DNA of 64,000 nt from positions 1 to 64,000 of the IMG/VR virus record IMGVR_UViG_3300007067_000087; one strand, given 5' to 3'. Shown here in pieces: positions 42,937-53,443 of this stretch (position 1 is the first letter of the stretch; the number at the start of each line of letters is the position of its first letter). Origin of the DNA: a virus (Duplodnaviria; Caudoviricetes). The notes beneath the pieces were generated by a model that ran no database searches, was not told the origin of the DNA, and saw nothing but the letters and a program-made list of their open reading frames with translations. The translations under genes were made by a program, and so were the position numbers.

Positions 42937-45900
42937 TAAAAAGCTGACTGAAAACCAATCCGTATCCTTCTTGCGTGGTGCTGGTGGCGGAGGCAAGAAA
43001 AGCGGCAAAGTCAAGGATGATGCCAATACTTTACGCTCCAATGCCATTGCCCGTGTTCTTGCCCTTTTGTGCGAGGGAGAAATTAAGGGGTTGGTTGATG
43101 GTGCAAAATCCATCTATCTTGATGATGTTCCTTTGCATAATGAACATGGCAACCCCAACTTTTCTGGTGTCAATTGGGCGTTTCGTCATGGCTTGCCAGA
43201 CCAAGAACCAATTACCGCCATGGTCGGGGTGGAAAATGAAATGCCGGTGGGTGTTGAAGTCACCTCGAAAATGGCAATCACCCGTACCCTGCTGGATGCT
43301 GATTACACTTCCTGCCGTGTCACAGTTAGAATACCGGCTCTGGTCAACCAGACCGACAACGGCATGAAACGCACCAGCGTCAAGTTTCAAATTATTGTTC
43401 GTTATCATCAAGGACCATGGGAAACCCCCTTTGGTTCAGGTGGAATTGAAATTTGGGGCAAAACCACCTCGGCCTATGACAAGCAATTTTCCTTTGCTTT
43501 GCCGAAAGCCCCCAATGGGCAAAATTCGCATCCTTGGGAAATTCAGGTTATCCGCCTGATGCCGGATAGTCATGACATAAAATTACAAAATAGTATCTAT
43601 TTTGGTTCACTTACTGGCATTATTGATGAGCAATTTACCTATCCCGATAGTGCTCTGTTTGGCATGACGGTTGATGCTGAACAATTTGAACGCGGCATGC
43701 CGAACCTCTCATTGCTGCTTGATGGCAAGATTATCAAAGTCCCCTCAAACTATGATCCAGAAACCCGTGCCTATACTGGTATCTGGGACGGTACGTTCAA
43801 GGAGGCTTATTGCGACAATCCAGCATGGATTTATTATGATCTGTTGGAGAATAATCGCTCTGGTCTCGGCGGGTTGTTGGAAAGCGTCTTCATTGATAAA
43901 TGGACACTCTACGATATTGGTCGTAATTGTGATGTCATGGTGCCTAATGGCTATGGTGGAGAAGAGCCAAGATTTACCATTGGGGCGTATATTACGCGAG
44001 CGGAAGAAGCTTATGATTTACTGCAAAAAGTGGCTTCTGCCTTTCGCGGCATGTCTTTCTGGTCATCAGGAGCGGTAACAGCGACCCAAGATGTCCCCTC
44101 CGATCCAGTTGTTCTGGCAACTCGTGCCAATGTCATAAAGGGCGAATTTTCTTACTCGGGGTCAGCCCTCGCGGCACGTCATACCGTTGCTCATGTCAAG
44201 TTTTACGATCCTAATGATATGTATCGCCCCTCGGTTGAGGTGGTGCGTGATCATGATGGTATTATTCGTTATGGTGAGAGGGTCAAAGAAGTTGATGCTT
44301 TTGGTTGCACCTCCAGAGGGCAAGCGCACCGCGTCGGCCAATGGATTTTGATGTCAGAAATGAATGAAACCCAAACTGTGAGCTACACGGCGGGTTTCGA
44401 TCATGGTCATGTCAAGGTTGGCGATATTGTTCTGGTGATGGATGAAAAACAAGCCAATGTTGATCATGGTGGCCGCATCATCAAACAAATAGACAATCGT
44501 TGGGTCAAGCTTGATCGTCCAATTACCGCTGGCACATCTTCAGGGGCAAAACTCCTGCTTACCCATCCAGACGGTGAGGTGGTTGAATATGATCTCGCTT
44601 CCGATTTCACAGACGCAACGGAGGTGATGGTTGCTTCCGATATTCCGGTTGATCTGCTCCCTGCCTCGGTGTGGATTTTATCAAAATCTACTGTCAAACC
44701 AAAACCTTACCGTGTCCTTTCCATCAAGGCCAATGAAGAACACCAGTTTGATATTGTCGCTTTGGAACATTACAGCCCCAAATATGCAATTATTGAGGGC
44801 GACCCGCAATTTGCTGAGCCTATCTATCGACAAGAGGCAGAAGTTGAAACTGTAGAGAATCTGAATGCTGTTGAATACCAATTTTTCAAGGATGGTGTGC
44901 CGCGTTCCAACATGACAATTTCTTGGTCTGTACCGGTGCATATGTATGCGGCGATGTTTCGGGTAGAAATTGACGGACCGGGCGGTGATACCCATATCGT
45001 TTACCCGAGTCTTGCGGGGTCAACTGTTGATGTTGAGGATATTATCCCCGGCACTTGGAGTATCAGGGTCTATTCATTGAGCTTAAGCGGGGCAAGATTC
45101 CAACCCGCCACCCTTGACTATAATGCTATGGGTTGGGAGGGTGTGGATTTACCGGAAGTCCAGAATTTGCGTCTGGCTTCCCCTTTCACTACCGCTGATT
45201 GCAGCATTGTCTGGGAAAATGATTTTCCCAATGCACCAACAAACAACCCGATGTTCAAGCGGGCAGAAGTCAAGATTTACTCATATATCAACAGTCTAAA
45301 AACCTTACGGCGCAGCGAGTATGTGTTTGGCAATAGCTATACCTACAGCTTTGCCCTGAATGAACAGGATGGTATTCCGGCAAGAGAGTTGATCTTTGAG
45401 GTTTCTGCTACTGATATTTATGACCGCACCGGCGAACCAGCTGAACTCACCGCTTATAATGAACCCATCCCCGCCCCAACAGTAGAAGTCACCGCTGGTA
45501 TGGGCAGTATCGTTGTGTCTTACGCTATTCCCTCGGTAGAGGATTACGTCAAGACAAAAGTCTGGATTTCTGGAATTCAAGATTTTGACCCCACATTAAC
45601 CGTCCCTGCCTATGTGGGAATAAGCTCATTTCATGCCCACCCTGTGGACGATCATAATCCCCGCTATATCCGCGTAGCTCATATTGACAGCTTTTCTGAT
45701 AATGATTTTGCTGTATCCAGCGAATTATCAACCTCAGCCTTGCCTTTGATGCTCGACACTACCCCACCAGCAACACCAACGGGTTTGAGTGTTGTTTCGC
45801 AACCTTACACCCCTACACAATCAAAGATCACTATAACATGGGACGAAAATATTGAGCCTGATTTTGCTTATTATGGTTTGGAAATTTCTGAAAATAGCAA

Positions 45901-48433
45901 CAATTGGATTCCCTTTACTGTTTTCAACAATCAATATGTCTTTTATGGAAAACCTGTTACCTACTGCGGTATAAGGCTCCGTGCTCATGACAGAGCGGGT
46001 AATGCCTCGACTTATACAGAAACGTGGCATCAAGCAGCGGCTTGGAACTCACCACCACCCACTCCTTTCATTGATGATATTACAAGTGGCTTTGGCACAG
46101 TCTGGTTAAGATGGAGCAGCCTTGATGAGTATTATGGCATTGCGCATTATCAGATTTGGGAAGATGTAGATGGCAATATATCTACATACACCGTCAATAA
46201 CACCAGCTTCATGCGTTCTGGCTTGCCTGATAACCAATTATGCACTTTCAAAGTGCGGGCGACAGATATATCAGGAAATCAATCTGAATGGTCAGAGGAA
46301 GTATCAGTTACGACAACAGGTTCACCCGGCGTAACCCAAGACGATTTGCAAGGCTTAATTACCAACGCCTCTTTTGCTGAAGGATTGGTGGGGATTGAGG
46401 TTCTAGCTAGCCTTCCCAGCACCGGCAATAAAGAAGGTCGCGTTGTTCTCAATACTACTGATGGCAAGCTTTACCGCTTTATCAATGGTGAGTGGACTGT
46501 CTCAACACAGGCCGAAGATATTAACGGCAAGCTTACCGCTGGGCAAATAGCAGCAGGGGCAATTGGCGCAGATCAAATCGCCGCCAATGCCATTTCTGCC
46601 AAACATTTAACCATTGGCGACTTCACCAACCTCATTGATAATGGTTGGGCAACCGGTGATATTTCTGGTTGGGACAAGCATGACAGTATTTTTGAACTAC
46701 CAAATCCAGCAATTAATGCTGATCATTACGGCTATACTATCACAAGCACCGGCAGGGTTGCTGCCACATCCAAAAATATTCCGGTTCAATCAGGCGAGGT
46801 TTATTATATTGGCGTATGGGTGAATAATACTGATCCCAACTATGATGCTTGGATTGGTGTTGGTGCAACAAAACCAGATGGCACAATTGTCTGGTCTGAT
46901 CTATTCTCAACCAATGTCAAAAATGACTGGGTTTATTTAAGCGGGCAATATAGCGTCCCCGATGAAACAGAGAGCATCTTTGTCTATCTGTTTACTGCCA
47001 GACCATTTGGTGAGACAGGCAGTCCTGCGCATTGGTCAAAGCCGCTGATGCGCCGTGCTGCCAATGACGTGTTAATTGCTGATGGGGCAATCAAGGCCGA
47101 ACATCTCTCGACAGGTGAATTGATTGCCAATTCTGCTCAAATCAAAGATGCAATCATCACCGATGCTAAAATAGTTGATCTGGATGCTGGCAAGATCAAG
47201 GCTGACACAGTGCTGGCGGGTTCAATTAAGGTTGGCAATGATACGCTTGATCTCATAAAGAACAATGCCAGCAACCCCGTCACAGCTATCAATAATGGCG
47301 CAACCTTGATTGACCCGGGTAAAATCCTGATCAGTGGCGGCACTTCTCTTGCCGACTGGCGTATGGGTGGCGATACCACCAAGATTAACGGCGGCAATAT
47401 TGCTACCAATACGATTACGGCCAACAAACTGACCATTGGCTCACGAGGAATTACCGTCACAGGCATTACCTTTGAGCATAACAAGCCTGATTTAAATCAC
47501 GTTTCTTGGACATCAGGCAGTATAAGATATATCGCGGATAATGGGGGTAGTAGTAATAGGGTTATTGCCGCAGACGAAGCTATATGGTCTTATGATCCCC
47601 TTTATATTTATTGGCAGAAAAATTCCATCAACCTGCAAACAACCACTAATTTCAATACAGCCAACCAACCCGATAATATTATTCTTGCTGTTTATAAAGG
47701 TGGAACAAATCTTGATGCCAATTATGGCCGCACCATCATTGAAGGCAACCAGATCAAAACCGGTTCTATTACCGCCAATCAGATACAAGCAGGGGCAATT
47801 CAAGCTCAACAAATCGCTGCTGATGCGATTTCTGCCGGGCATATTCAATCAAACGCTATTGTTGCCAACAAAATAGCAGCCAATGCTATTACTACTGATA
47901 AGATTGTTTCAGGCGCAATCACCGCCGATAAAATAGCTGCTGGTGCAATCACTGCTGATTTACTCACCGCCGGTTCTATTCATGGTAGTGTCATACAGGC
48001 GGGAACATTGAATGCTGATCGTATTGCCGCTGGCACAATCACTGCTGATAAAATCATGGCAGAAACCGTTGAGGCCACAAACTTAAAACCCGCTGCCATT
48101 ACGCAGGTGGCTTTTGGTTCAGGCACAAATTTTAGCCTTGGCCTTGATATACAACACGGCCATGTGCTGATTATTGCCCAAACAAGCGGCATTCCAAGTG
48201 GGTATAACGCACAAATGATCAAAAGGAATGGTGTTAATCTTGTTGCTTATAGCACTGTGACACTTAACTATACGACCATTGTTCATAAAAGTGGCCAAGG
48301 TGGCGGAGATTATTACACACAGAATAACACCGTCCATTTCAATCAATTACTCTATTCCGATAGCCCACCACCTGGTTGGCACAGCTACACATTTCCGAGT
48401 GGTAGTGCCATTATCATGAACTATAAACGATGA
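42929..48433 (+). CDS. Host-specificity central tail fibre (lambda gpJ-like)
   Basis: LLCEGEIKG, CDNPAWIYYD, FGCTSRGQAHRVG, Fn3-like repeats, AGAITADKI repeats. Confidence 0.9.
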   Translation: MVDKKLTENQSVSFLRGAGGGGKKSGKVKDDANTLRSNAIARVLALLCEGEIKGLVDGAKSIYLDDVPLHNEHGNPNFSGVNWAFRHGLPDQEPITAMVGVENEMPVGVEVTSKMAITRTLLDADYTSCRVTVRIPALVNQTDNGMKRTSVKFQIIVRYHQGPWETPFGSGGIEIWGKTTSAYDKQFSFALPKAPNGQNSHPWEIQVIRLMPDSHDIKLQNSIYFGSLTGIIDEQFTYPDSALFGMTVDAEQFERGMPNLSLLLDGKIIKVPSNYDPETRAYTGIWDGTFKEAYCDNPAWIYYDLLENNRSGLGGLLESVFIDKWTLYDIGRNCDVMVPNGYGGEEPRFTIGAYITRAEEAYDLLQKVASAFRGMSFWSSGAVTATQDVPSDPVVLATRANVIKGEFSYSGSALAARHTVAHVKFYDPNDMYRPSVEVVRDHDGIIRYGERVKEVDAFGCTSRGQAHRVGQWILMSEMNETQTVSYTAGFDHGHVKVGDIVLVMDEKQANVDHGGRIIKQIDNRWVKLDRPITAGTSSGAKLLLTHPDGEVVEYDLASDFTDATEVMVASDIPVDLLPASVWILSKSTVKPKPYRVLSIKANEEHQFDIVALEHYSPKYAIIEGDPQFAEPIYRQEAEVETVENLNAVEYQFFKDGVPRSNMTISWSVPVHMYAAMFRVEIDGPGGDTHIVYPSLAGSTVDVEDIIPGTWSIRVYSLSLSGARFQPATLDYNAMGWEGVDLPEVQNLRLASPFTTADCSIVWENDFPNAPTNNPMFKRAEVKIYSYINSLKTLRRSEYVFGNSYTYSFALNEQDGIPARELIFEVSATDIYDRTGEPAELTAYNEPIPAPTVEVTAGMGSIVVSYAIPSVEDYVKTKVWISGIQDFDPTLTVPAYVGISSFHAHPVDDHNPRYIRVAHIDSFSDNDFAVSSELSTSALPLMLDTTPPATPTGLSVVSQPYTPTQSKITITWDENIEPDFAYYGLEISENSNNWIPFTVFNNQYVFYGKPVTYCGIRLRAHDRAGNASTYTETWHQAAAWNSPPPTPFIDDITSGFGTVWLRWSSLDEYYGIAHYQIWEDVDGNISTYTVNNTSFMRSGLPDNQLCTFKVRATDISGNQSEWSEEVSVTTTGSPGVTQDDLQGLITNASFAEGLVGIEVLASLPSTGNKEGRVVLNTTDGKLYRFINGEWTVSTQAEDINGKLTAGQIAAGAIGADQIAANAISAKHLTIGDFTNLIDNGWATGDISGWDKHDSIFELPNPAINADHYGYTITSTGRVAATSKNIPVQSGEVYYIGVWVNNTDPNYDAWIGVGATKPDGTIVWSDLFSTNVKNDWVYLSGQYSVPDETESIFVYLFTARPFGETGSPAHWSKPLMRRAANDVLIADGAIKAEHLSTGELIANSAQIKDAIITDAKIVDLDAGKIKADTVLAGSIKVGNDTLDLIKNNASNPVTAINNGATLIDPGKILISGGTSLADWRMGGDTTKINGGNIATNTITANKLTIGSRGITVTGITFEHNKPDLNHVSWTSGSIRYIADNGGSSNRVIAADEAIWSYDPLYIYWQKNSINLQTTTNFNTANQPDNIILAVYKGGTNLDANYGRTIIEGNQIKTGSITANQIQAGAIQAQQIAADAISAGHIQSNAIVANKIAANAITTDKIVSGAITADKIAAGAITADLLTAGSIHGSVIQAGTLNADRIAAGTITADKIMAETVEATNLKPAAITQVAFGSGTNFSLGLDIQHGHVLIIAQTSGIPSGYNAQMIKRNGVNLVAYSTVTLNYTTIVHKSGQGGGDYYTQNNTVHFNQLLYSDSPPPGWHSYTFPSGSAIIMNYKR

Positions 48434-48498
48434 TTTTTACATTGTCGCATGTTATCATTTACTATATGATGCTATCATAATTAATATGGAGACAAATC

Positions 48499-48759
48499 AT
48501 GGGATCGGTTCTTGTTAGAAATTTACCCGAGGCAACGCATCGTGCTTTAAAAAACATGGCCGCAAAGCATGGCCGCAGCGCCGAAGCCGAATTACGCCAC
48601 ATTATTGAAGCGGCAGTAAGACCACCGAAACGGCTCAAACTCGGCACAGAGCTTGCCAAGATTGGCAAAGAAATAGGCATGAATGATGAGGAATGGGCGA
48701 TGTTTCAGGAAAACATTAAAAGAGACAAAACCCCTGTTGAACCAATGAAGTTTGATTGA
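48499..48759 (+). CDS. fitA: FitA/Arc-like antitoxin
   Basis: VLVRNLPEATHRALKNMAAKHGRSAEAELRHII. Confidence 0.85.
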   Translation: MGSVLVRNLPEATHRALKNMAAKHGRSAEAELRHIIEAAVRPPKRLKLGTELAKIGKEIGMNDEEWAMFQENIKRDKTPVEPMKFD

Positions 48760-49178
48760 TGATTATTTTAGATACCAACGTTATTTCCGAACCTATGCGT
48801 TCCAAACCTGATACTCACGTGTTGGAGTGGTTCAACGAACAGGATTTTGAGACCCTCTATCTAACAACAATTACGGTCGCAGAAATTCTTTTAGGTATAA
48901 GATCTATGTCAGACGGCAAACGCAAAGCCAACCTTCAGCATGGCTATTATAATAAGGTTCTTCCGTTGTTTAAGGGTCGTATCTTGCCTTTTGATTATGA
49001 GGCGGTGGATGAATATGCTTCGTTTATGGCGCATGCCAAAAATATTGGTCGGTCTATTGGGCAAAATGATGCTTATATCGCCGCCATTGCTAAATGTCAT
49101 AATATGATTGTTGCGACACGGGATGTCAGCCCATTTGAGACCGCAGGACTTGAAGTTATTAATCCTTGGAAAGAATAA
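48756..49178 (+). CDS. vapC: PIN-domain VapC/FitB toxin
   Basis: IILDTNVISE, ITVAEI, DAYIAAIA, VATRD. Confidence 0.9.
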   Translation: MMIILDTNVISEPMRSKPDTHVLEWFNEQDFETLYLTTITVAEILLGIRSMSDGKRKANLQHGYYNKVLPLFKGRILPFDYEAVDEYASFMAHAKNIGRSIGQNDAYIAAIAKCHNMIVATRDVSPFETAGLEVINPWKE

Positions 49179-49182
49179 ACGC

Positions 49183-49596
49183 ATGCAAAAAGTTGATTTT
49201 ATCCGATATAATCTGACCAATGGCAAGATTTTAAGTGCTGTTTCTTGTCCCCAATATGCTTACGCCTTTAATGCCCCACCAAGCACGGAAGTCGGTTATT
49301 TGTCTGGCACAGTCACTGATATAGAATCTTTTTACGTCTCGAATGAACAGCTTGTCGAACGCCCCAACTTCAACCTACCCGATACGCCAATTCAAATACA
49401 AGCCAACGGCATTGACAGTTTTGAATTGAACAATCTTCCCCAAGGCACAATTGTCACTATTGAACCAGATGATGAAACACATGCAATTGATGATGGAGAA
49501 TTGTCTTTCGCCACAGAACAGCCCGGCTTTTACGCGCTCCACATTAACGCTTTTCCTTATCAAAAAGCCACTGTTACCATTGAGGCCGTATTATGA
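49183..49596 (+). CDS. Tail-associated phage protein
   Basis: Synteny after gpJ; beta-rich C-terminus. Confidence 0.5.
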   Translation: MQKVDFIRYNLTNGKILSAVSCPQYAYAFNAPPSTEVGYLSGTVTDIESFYVSNEQLVERPNFNLPDTPIQIQANGIDSFELNNLPQGTIVTIEPDDETHAIDDGELSFATEQPGFYALHINAFPYQKATVTIEAVL

Positions 49597-50039
49597 AAAT
49601 CGTCAAAAAAGCTGATATTGAAGAAGCGCGTGCCGCGATCATTGACAAGATTAACAATCAAGCTGAACAAGCCGCAGCGCAATTCCTTACCCCGACAAAT
49701 CTTGCCCAGCATATGTATCGGCTCAAACAACAAGAGATGCGGCAATTCTATCGCTATGCCAGTGAGCAAGATACGCCATTACTCGCAGAGGAAGCCAAGC
49801 TTCGAGATGTGCCTTTACCCCAACTTGTGCAAGACATAGAGCAAAAACAGGCAGAGTGTGACGAAGCCTTAAAGGCTATTGAGCTTGCCCGCCAACAAGC
49901 CTTGATTACTGCCAAACAAGCCACAACCGTTGCCGAACTCCATCAAGCCGCTGATGTAGATTGGGTGCGGGTGGAGGAAGTGCGGGAAACCAAGGCTGCT
50001 ATTGAACCTGCCTTTGATTTTATTTCTTACCTTAATTGA
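49593..50039 (+). CDS. Tail-associated phage protein (helical)
   Basis: Coupled to the previous ORF. Confidence 0.5.
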   Translation: MKIVKKADIEEARAAIIDKINNQAEQAAAQFLTPTNLAQHMYRLKQQEMRQFYRYASEQDTPLLAEEAKLRDVPLPQLVQDIEQKQAECDEALKAIELARQQALITAKQATTVAELHQAADVDWVRVEEVRETKAAIEPAFDFISYLN

Positions 50040-50053
50040 TGAAATCAATTGCA
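50040..50053. promoter_or_regulatory. Palindrome variant
   Basis: TGAAATCAATTGCA. Confidence 0.65.
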
Positions 50054-50113
50054 AATATATTTACAAAAATCATTTCCTTGACAAGTACCTAAATTGTTGG
50101 CGTAATAGACAAC

Positions 50114-50399
50114 ATGACGGCAATAAAAATCATTGAACATAAGAGCGTGGAAGCTGACGGTAGTATTATCCAATTTGTTGTTTGGAACGTCCCAACACCC
50201 CGTCCCGCCTACCACCCACGGTTTTAAGTATAGGATGGTTTATATCCGTAACGGTGAACGGATTGTCGGCTTTGATAATGAGCGTGGCAAAGGTGATCAT
50301 ACTCACCTTGATGGTAAAGAATACTCTTATCAATTTACAACCGTTAAACAACTCATTGAAGATTTTAGGTTAGAGGTAAGAAAACGGAGGCAGAAGTGA
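50114..50399 (+). pseudogene. DUF6516 (TumE-like) toxin with a +1 frameshift in CCCC 50198-50201
   Basis: MTAIKII...VVWNVPT in one frame; PVPPTTHGFKYRMVY...GFDNERGKGDHTH in another. Confidence 0.7.
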
Positions 50400-50761
50400 G
50401 AACATTAACGATTACAACAAATCCTGATTGGGAGACTGAGTTGATTGCGGCTGGTGAACGTGCAGAAATTGGAATAAAAACCGGTACATACCAGGGAGAA
50501 ACATTAAGTTTTGAAACAGTGGGAACGTTTTTCTCCCACCTAACTGAACGCCGTTGGCAATTACTGAATGAACTTTTAGGGGCTGGCACGGTGGGAGTAA
50601 GAGAGCTTTCCCGCCGATTGGGACGCGATGTTAAGCGTGTTCATGAAGATGCGGCAAGTCTGGTTAATCTTGGGCTGCTTGAGAAAGACGAACGCGGTGC
50701 ATTATATTGTCCCTTTCAGCATATCCATGTTGATATGACGCTGGAAAAGAAAACCGCGTAA
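50396..50761 (+). CDS. HVO_A0114-like HTH antitoxin
   Basis: LTERRWQLL...VRELSRRLGRDVKRVHEDA..LVNLGLL. Confidence 0.75.
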   Translation: MRTLTITTNPDWETELIAAGERAEIGIKTGTYQGETLSFETVGTFFSHLTERRWQLLNELLGAGTVGVRELSRRLGRDVKRVHEDAASLVNLGLLEKDERGALYCPFQHIHVDMTLEKKTA

Positions 50762-50846
50762 CTCCTAATCCACGCGTGCTATAATAAAAGTGGCCAATGG
50801 TAATTTATTCTTGACAAATGTTTACTATTGGCATACATTGGTATGT

Positions 50847-51104
50847 ATGAAAACCATAATCTACAGTAGACAAGCAGCAAAGGTTCTTCGGGGATTACCC
50901 ACCAATATTGCCGCTAGGATAGAGAGTAAAATCAAACAATATGCCACTGATCCAACTTATCAAGCAAATAATGTTAAAGCTATGCAGGGTGATGAATTTA
51001 AAGGCTGTTTGAGATTACGTGTAGGTGATTGGCGCGTTATTTTCTCGGAAAGCGGCAAGGTAATTGATGTGCGGAAAATTGCTAGCCGTGGTAGTGTTTA
51101 TTAG
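50847..51104 (+). CDS. relE: RelE/ParE toxin
   Basis: IIYSRQAAKVL...RLRVGDWRVIF...IASRGSVY; TTGACA-17-TACATT promoter upstream. Confidence 0.85.
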   Translation: MKTIIYSRQAAKVLRGLPTNIAARIESKIKQYATDPTYQANNVKAMQGDEFKGCLRLRVGDWRVIFSESGKVIDVRKIASRGSVY

Positions 51105-51113
51105 GAGAGTAAA

Positions 51114-51485
51114 ATGAGAATCCAAAAATTGGAAACCATAGGTGGAGAAACTCTTGTTGTTTTGCCACAATCAGAATATGAAAAAATGATTGAAGCATTA
51201 GAAGAAAGGGAAGATGAAAAATCTATCCGCATCTTCGAGCAAAAGCTAGCGGCAGGTGCGGAAGAATACATCCCTTCTGAAATGGTTGAGCGTTTTATTG
51301 CTGGCGAGAACCCAATTAAGGTCTGGCGGAAATATAGAGGGTTGTCTATCCGTAAACTGGCTGACATGATAGGACTTAGTCCATCGTTTCTCTCCCAGAT
51401 TGAAGCAGGAAAGAAAGAAGGTGCAGTTTCTACTTATAAGAAAATCGCCGAAGCTCTTAAAGTTACAGTAGACGATTTGATTTAA
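51114..51485 (+). CDS. XRE HTH antitoxin
   Basis: VVLPQSEYE; IKVWRKYRGLSIRKLADMIGLSPSFLSQIE. Confidence 0.8.
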   Translation: MRIQKLETIGGETLVVLPQSEYEKMIEALEEREDEKSIRIFEQKLAAGAEEYIPSEMVERFIAGENPIKVWRKYRGLSIRKLADMIGLSPSFLSQIEAGKKEGAVSTYKKIAEALKVTVDDLI

Positions 51486-51564
51486 GTCACGCCGATGTGA
51501 TGGGTTGCGCAGTGTGCCAGCTTCTGTTGGCAATATAGTTATTTTTGTTGTTTTGCGATATTAT

Positions 51565-51578
51565 TGCAATTAATTGCA
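51565..51578. promoter_or_regulatory. Palindrome site before endolysin
   Basis: TGCAATTAATTGCA. Confidence 0.75.
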
Positions 51579-51606
51579 AATTAATTTTTACACAAAGATT
51601 TATTCC

Positions 51607-52758
51607 ATGGTTACGCGCTCCGAGCTTTTGAAATTTCTCCCCAAAGCCAATCCGGTACTGGTTGATGCTATTGTTAATAATTGGCACATGGCAGAAAAAG
51701 CGGGGATTAAATCTCCGAAGCGTATCAGACAATTTCTTTCCAATATCGCCGTTGAAACGGCTGGTTTGACAACAGTGGTCGAAAACCTCAATTATACCAG
51801 TAGTAATCGTATCAGGCAGGTTTGGCCGCGCCGATTCAAAACAGAGAAATCTGCCCGTCCTTATGTTAACAATCCGAAGAAGTTAGCAGTCAAGGTCTAT
51901 GGCGGACGGATGGGTAATAGTCCTGCCCCAAGCACAGATGGTTGGGATTATCGCGGCGGCGGTATGTTACAGACTACAGGGCGTACCAATTATACCGCCC
52001 TTGGTTTTGGTACTAACCCCGAAAAATTACGTGACCCCAAAATTGCATTTGTCACTGCCGTTGCCGAGTGGTCAAAACGTGGCTGCAACCAGCTTGCCGA
52101 CAAAGGTGCAACCATTGCCATTAGAAAAGCGATACAGGGCGGTTCTGGTGGCCTTGCGGAAGTAAAACGCTATCTGGTACGGGCAGAGAAGATATGGCCG
52201 GATACGAGTTTTAAAGACACGATTAAGCGTGAACCCAATCCCAAGGCTTCTCCCATCCAGATTGAGGAAGCACAACAGATGTTGCGGGATTTGGGTTATA
52301 CCGAAGTCGGCAAGCCAGATGGCTTAACCGGACCATTAACCCGTGCCGCCATTTTGGCTTTTCGTTCCGATAATAATCTTCCTTTGAGTGTGGAAGTAGA
52401 TCAAGAGCTTCTCAATGCGCTAAAAGATGCTCCCCCGCGTACCATGCCTATTGAACGCGCCGCCGCCAGCAGGGAGCATGTTATCCAGCGTATTCCCGAA
52501 GTCAAAGCCAACTTCCTCAATAAAATTGTCTCTGCCTTAACAGCCTTTGCCTCTGGCATAGCGGCCTTGTTCATGGGGATGCTGGATAGCTTGAAAGAAG
52601 CACGAGAAACTTTATCCCCACTTGAAAATCTTTTTACCAGCATTCCCGTTTGGGCTTGGTTATTCATTATCTGTCTCGTTGCGCTCGCAATGTGTATTAT
52701 TTCCCGTAAGGGGGAAAAAGCCGGTATTAATGCTTTCCGTCATGGAGCAAGGCGATGA
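51607..52758 (+). CDS. Endolysin: GH19 plus peptidoglycan-binding domain plus C-terminal TM helices
   Basis: VETAGL, ENLNY, YRGGGMLQTTGRTNY; LGY...DGLTGPLTRAAI.AF. Confidence 0.85.
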   Translation: MVTRSELLKFLPKANPVLVDAIVNNWHMAEKAGIKSPKRIRQFLSNIAVETAGLTTVVENLNYTSSNRIRQVWPRRFKTEKSARPYVNNPKKLAVKVYGGRMGNSPAPSTDGWDYRGGGMLQTTGRTNYTALGFGTNPEKLRDPKIAFVTAVAEWSKRGCNQLADKGATIAIRKAIQGGSGGLAEVKRYLVRAEKIWPDTSFKDTIKREPNPKASPIQIEEAQQMLRDLGYTEVGKPDGLTGPLTRAAILAFRSDNNLPLSVEVDQELLNALKDAPPRTMPIERAAASREHVIQRIPEVKANFLNKIVSALTAFASGIAALFMGMLDSLKEARETLSPLENLFTSIPVWAWLFIICLVALAMCIISRKGEKAGINAFRHGARR

Positions 52759-53000
52759 GCTTCAAGTTCAAACTGATTTTATTGGCATTGGCTGTTTCTG
52801 CCTTAATTGGCCTGATTGGCTACACCATTCACGCTATTGCCACCATCTCAAGATTGGAGACTTTAAATCATGTCAATGAAGCCAATAGAAAAGCAGAACA
52901 AGCGGCAGGAAAAGGCCAGTCTCACGTGGATGCTTGCTACAATTCTGGTGGTGAGTGGGATAGGCTTAACGGGCTGTGTCAACACCGCCCCCGTCAATAA
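52755..53000 (+). CDS. Putative i-spanin
   Basis: N-terminal TM, short periplasmic coil, overlaps a lipoprotein ORF. Confidence 0.55.
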   Translation: MSFKFKLILLALAVSALIGLIGYTIHAIATISRLETLNHVNEANRKAEQAAGKGQSHVDACYNSGGEWDRLNGLCQHRPRQ

Positions 53001-53160
53001 ACCTTGTGGGATTATCATTGATCCACTTGGTGATGTTGAAGCTACCACCAAGGACGGTACAAGACGTTTGGACATTCATTTTGAACGCGGCGTGAAAGCG
53101 GGTTGTTGGGATAGGTCTACAGCGAAAATAAAGGGGAGCGCCCGTGTTAAGCAATCATGA
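52870..53160 (+). CDS. Putative o-spanin lipoprotein (true start probably internal)
   Basis: Lipobox LTGC, two further Cys. Confidence 0.55.
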   Translation: MSMKPIEKQNKRQEKASLTWMLATILVVSGIGLTGCVNTAPVNKPCGIIIDPLGDVEATTKDGTRRLDIHFERGVKAGCWDRSTAKIKGSARVKQS

Positions 53161-53443
53161 TGTTTCATTCTGGATTGCGGTTATCGGGGCAGGATTGGTA
53201 AAACTTGCCACCTCTCCCCGCGTATCATGGTTACGCTGCTTGATTTCTTTAGCGGTTGCTGTCTTCGCCGCTTGGGCATTTACCAAACCATCTTTGAAAC
53301 TTTTGGGACTGGATGAGGATTATACTATCCCCGTTGCTGTATTGATTGGCCTAACAGGTGAAAGCGTAATCAAATGGCTAATCTTTTTGACTTCCCACCC
53401 CAGAGAAGCCCTTGAATATCTGCGCATCTGGAGGCTGAGGTAA
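53144..53443 (+). CDS. Putative holin
   Basis: About 99 aa with 2-3 TM segments and a basic C-terminus. Confidence 0.6.
   Translation: MLSNHDVSFWIAVIGAGLVKLATSPRVSWLRCLISLAVAVFAAWAFTKPSLKLLGLDEDYTIPVAVLIGLTGESVIKWLIFLTSHPREALEYLRIWRLR

Noticed and set aside
42929-48433. Diversity-generating retroelement target in the tail fibre
   Set aside because: No reverse transcriptase and no TR/VR pair with adenine-specific mismatches seen
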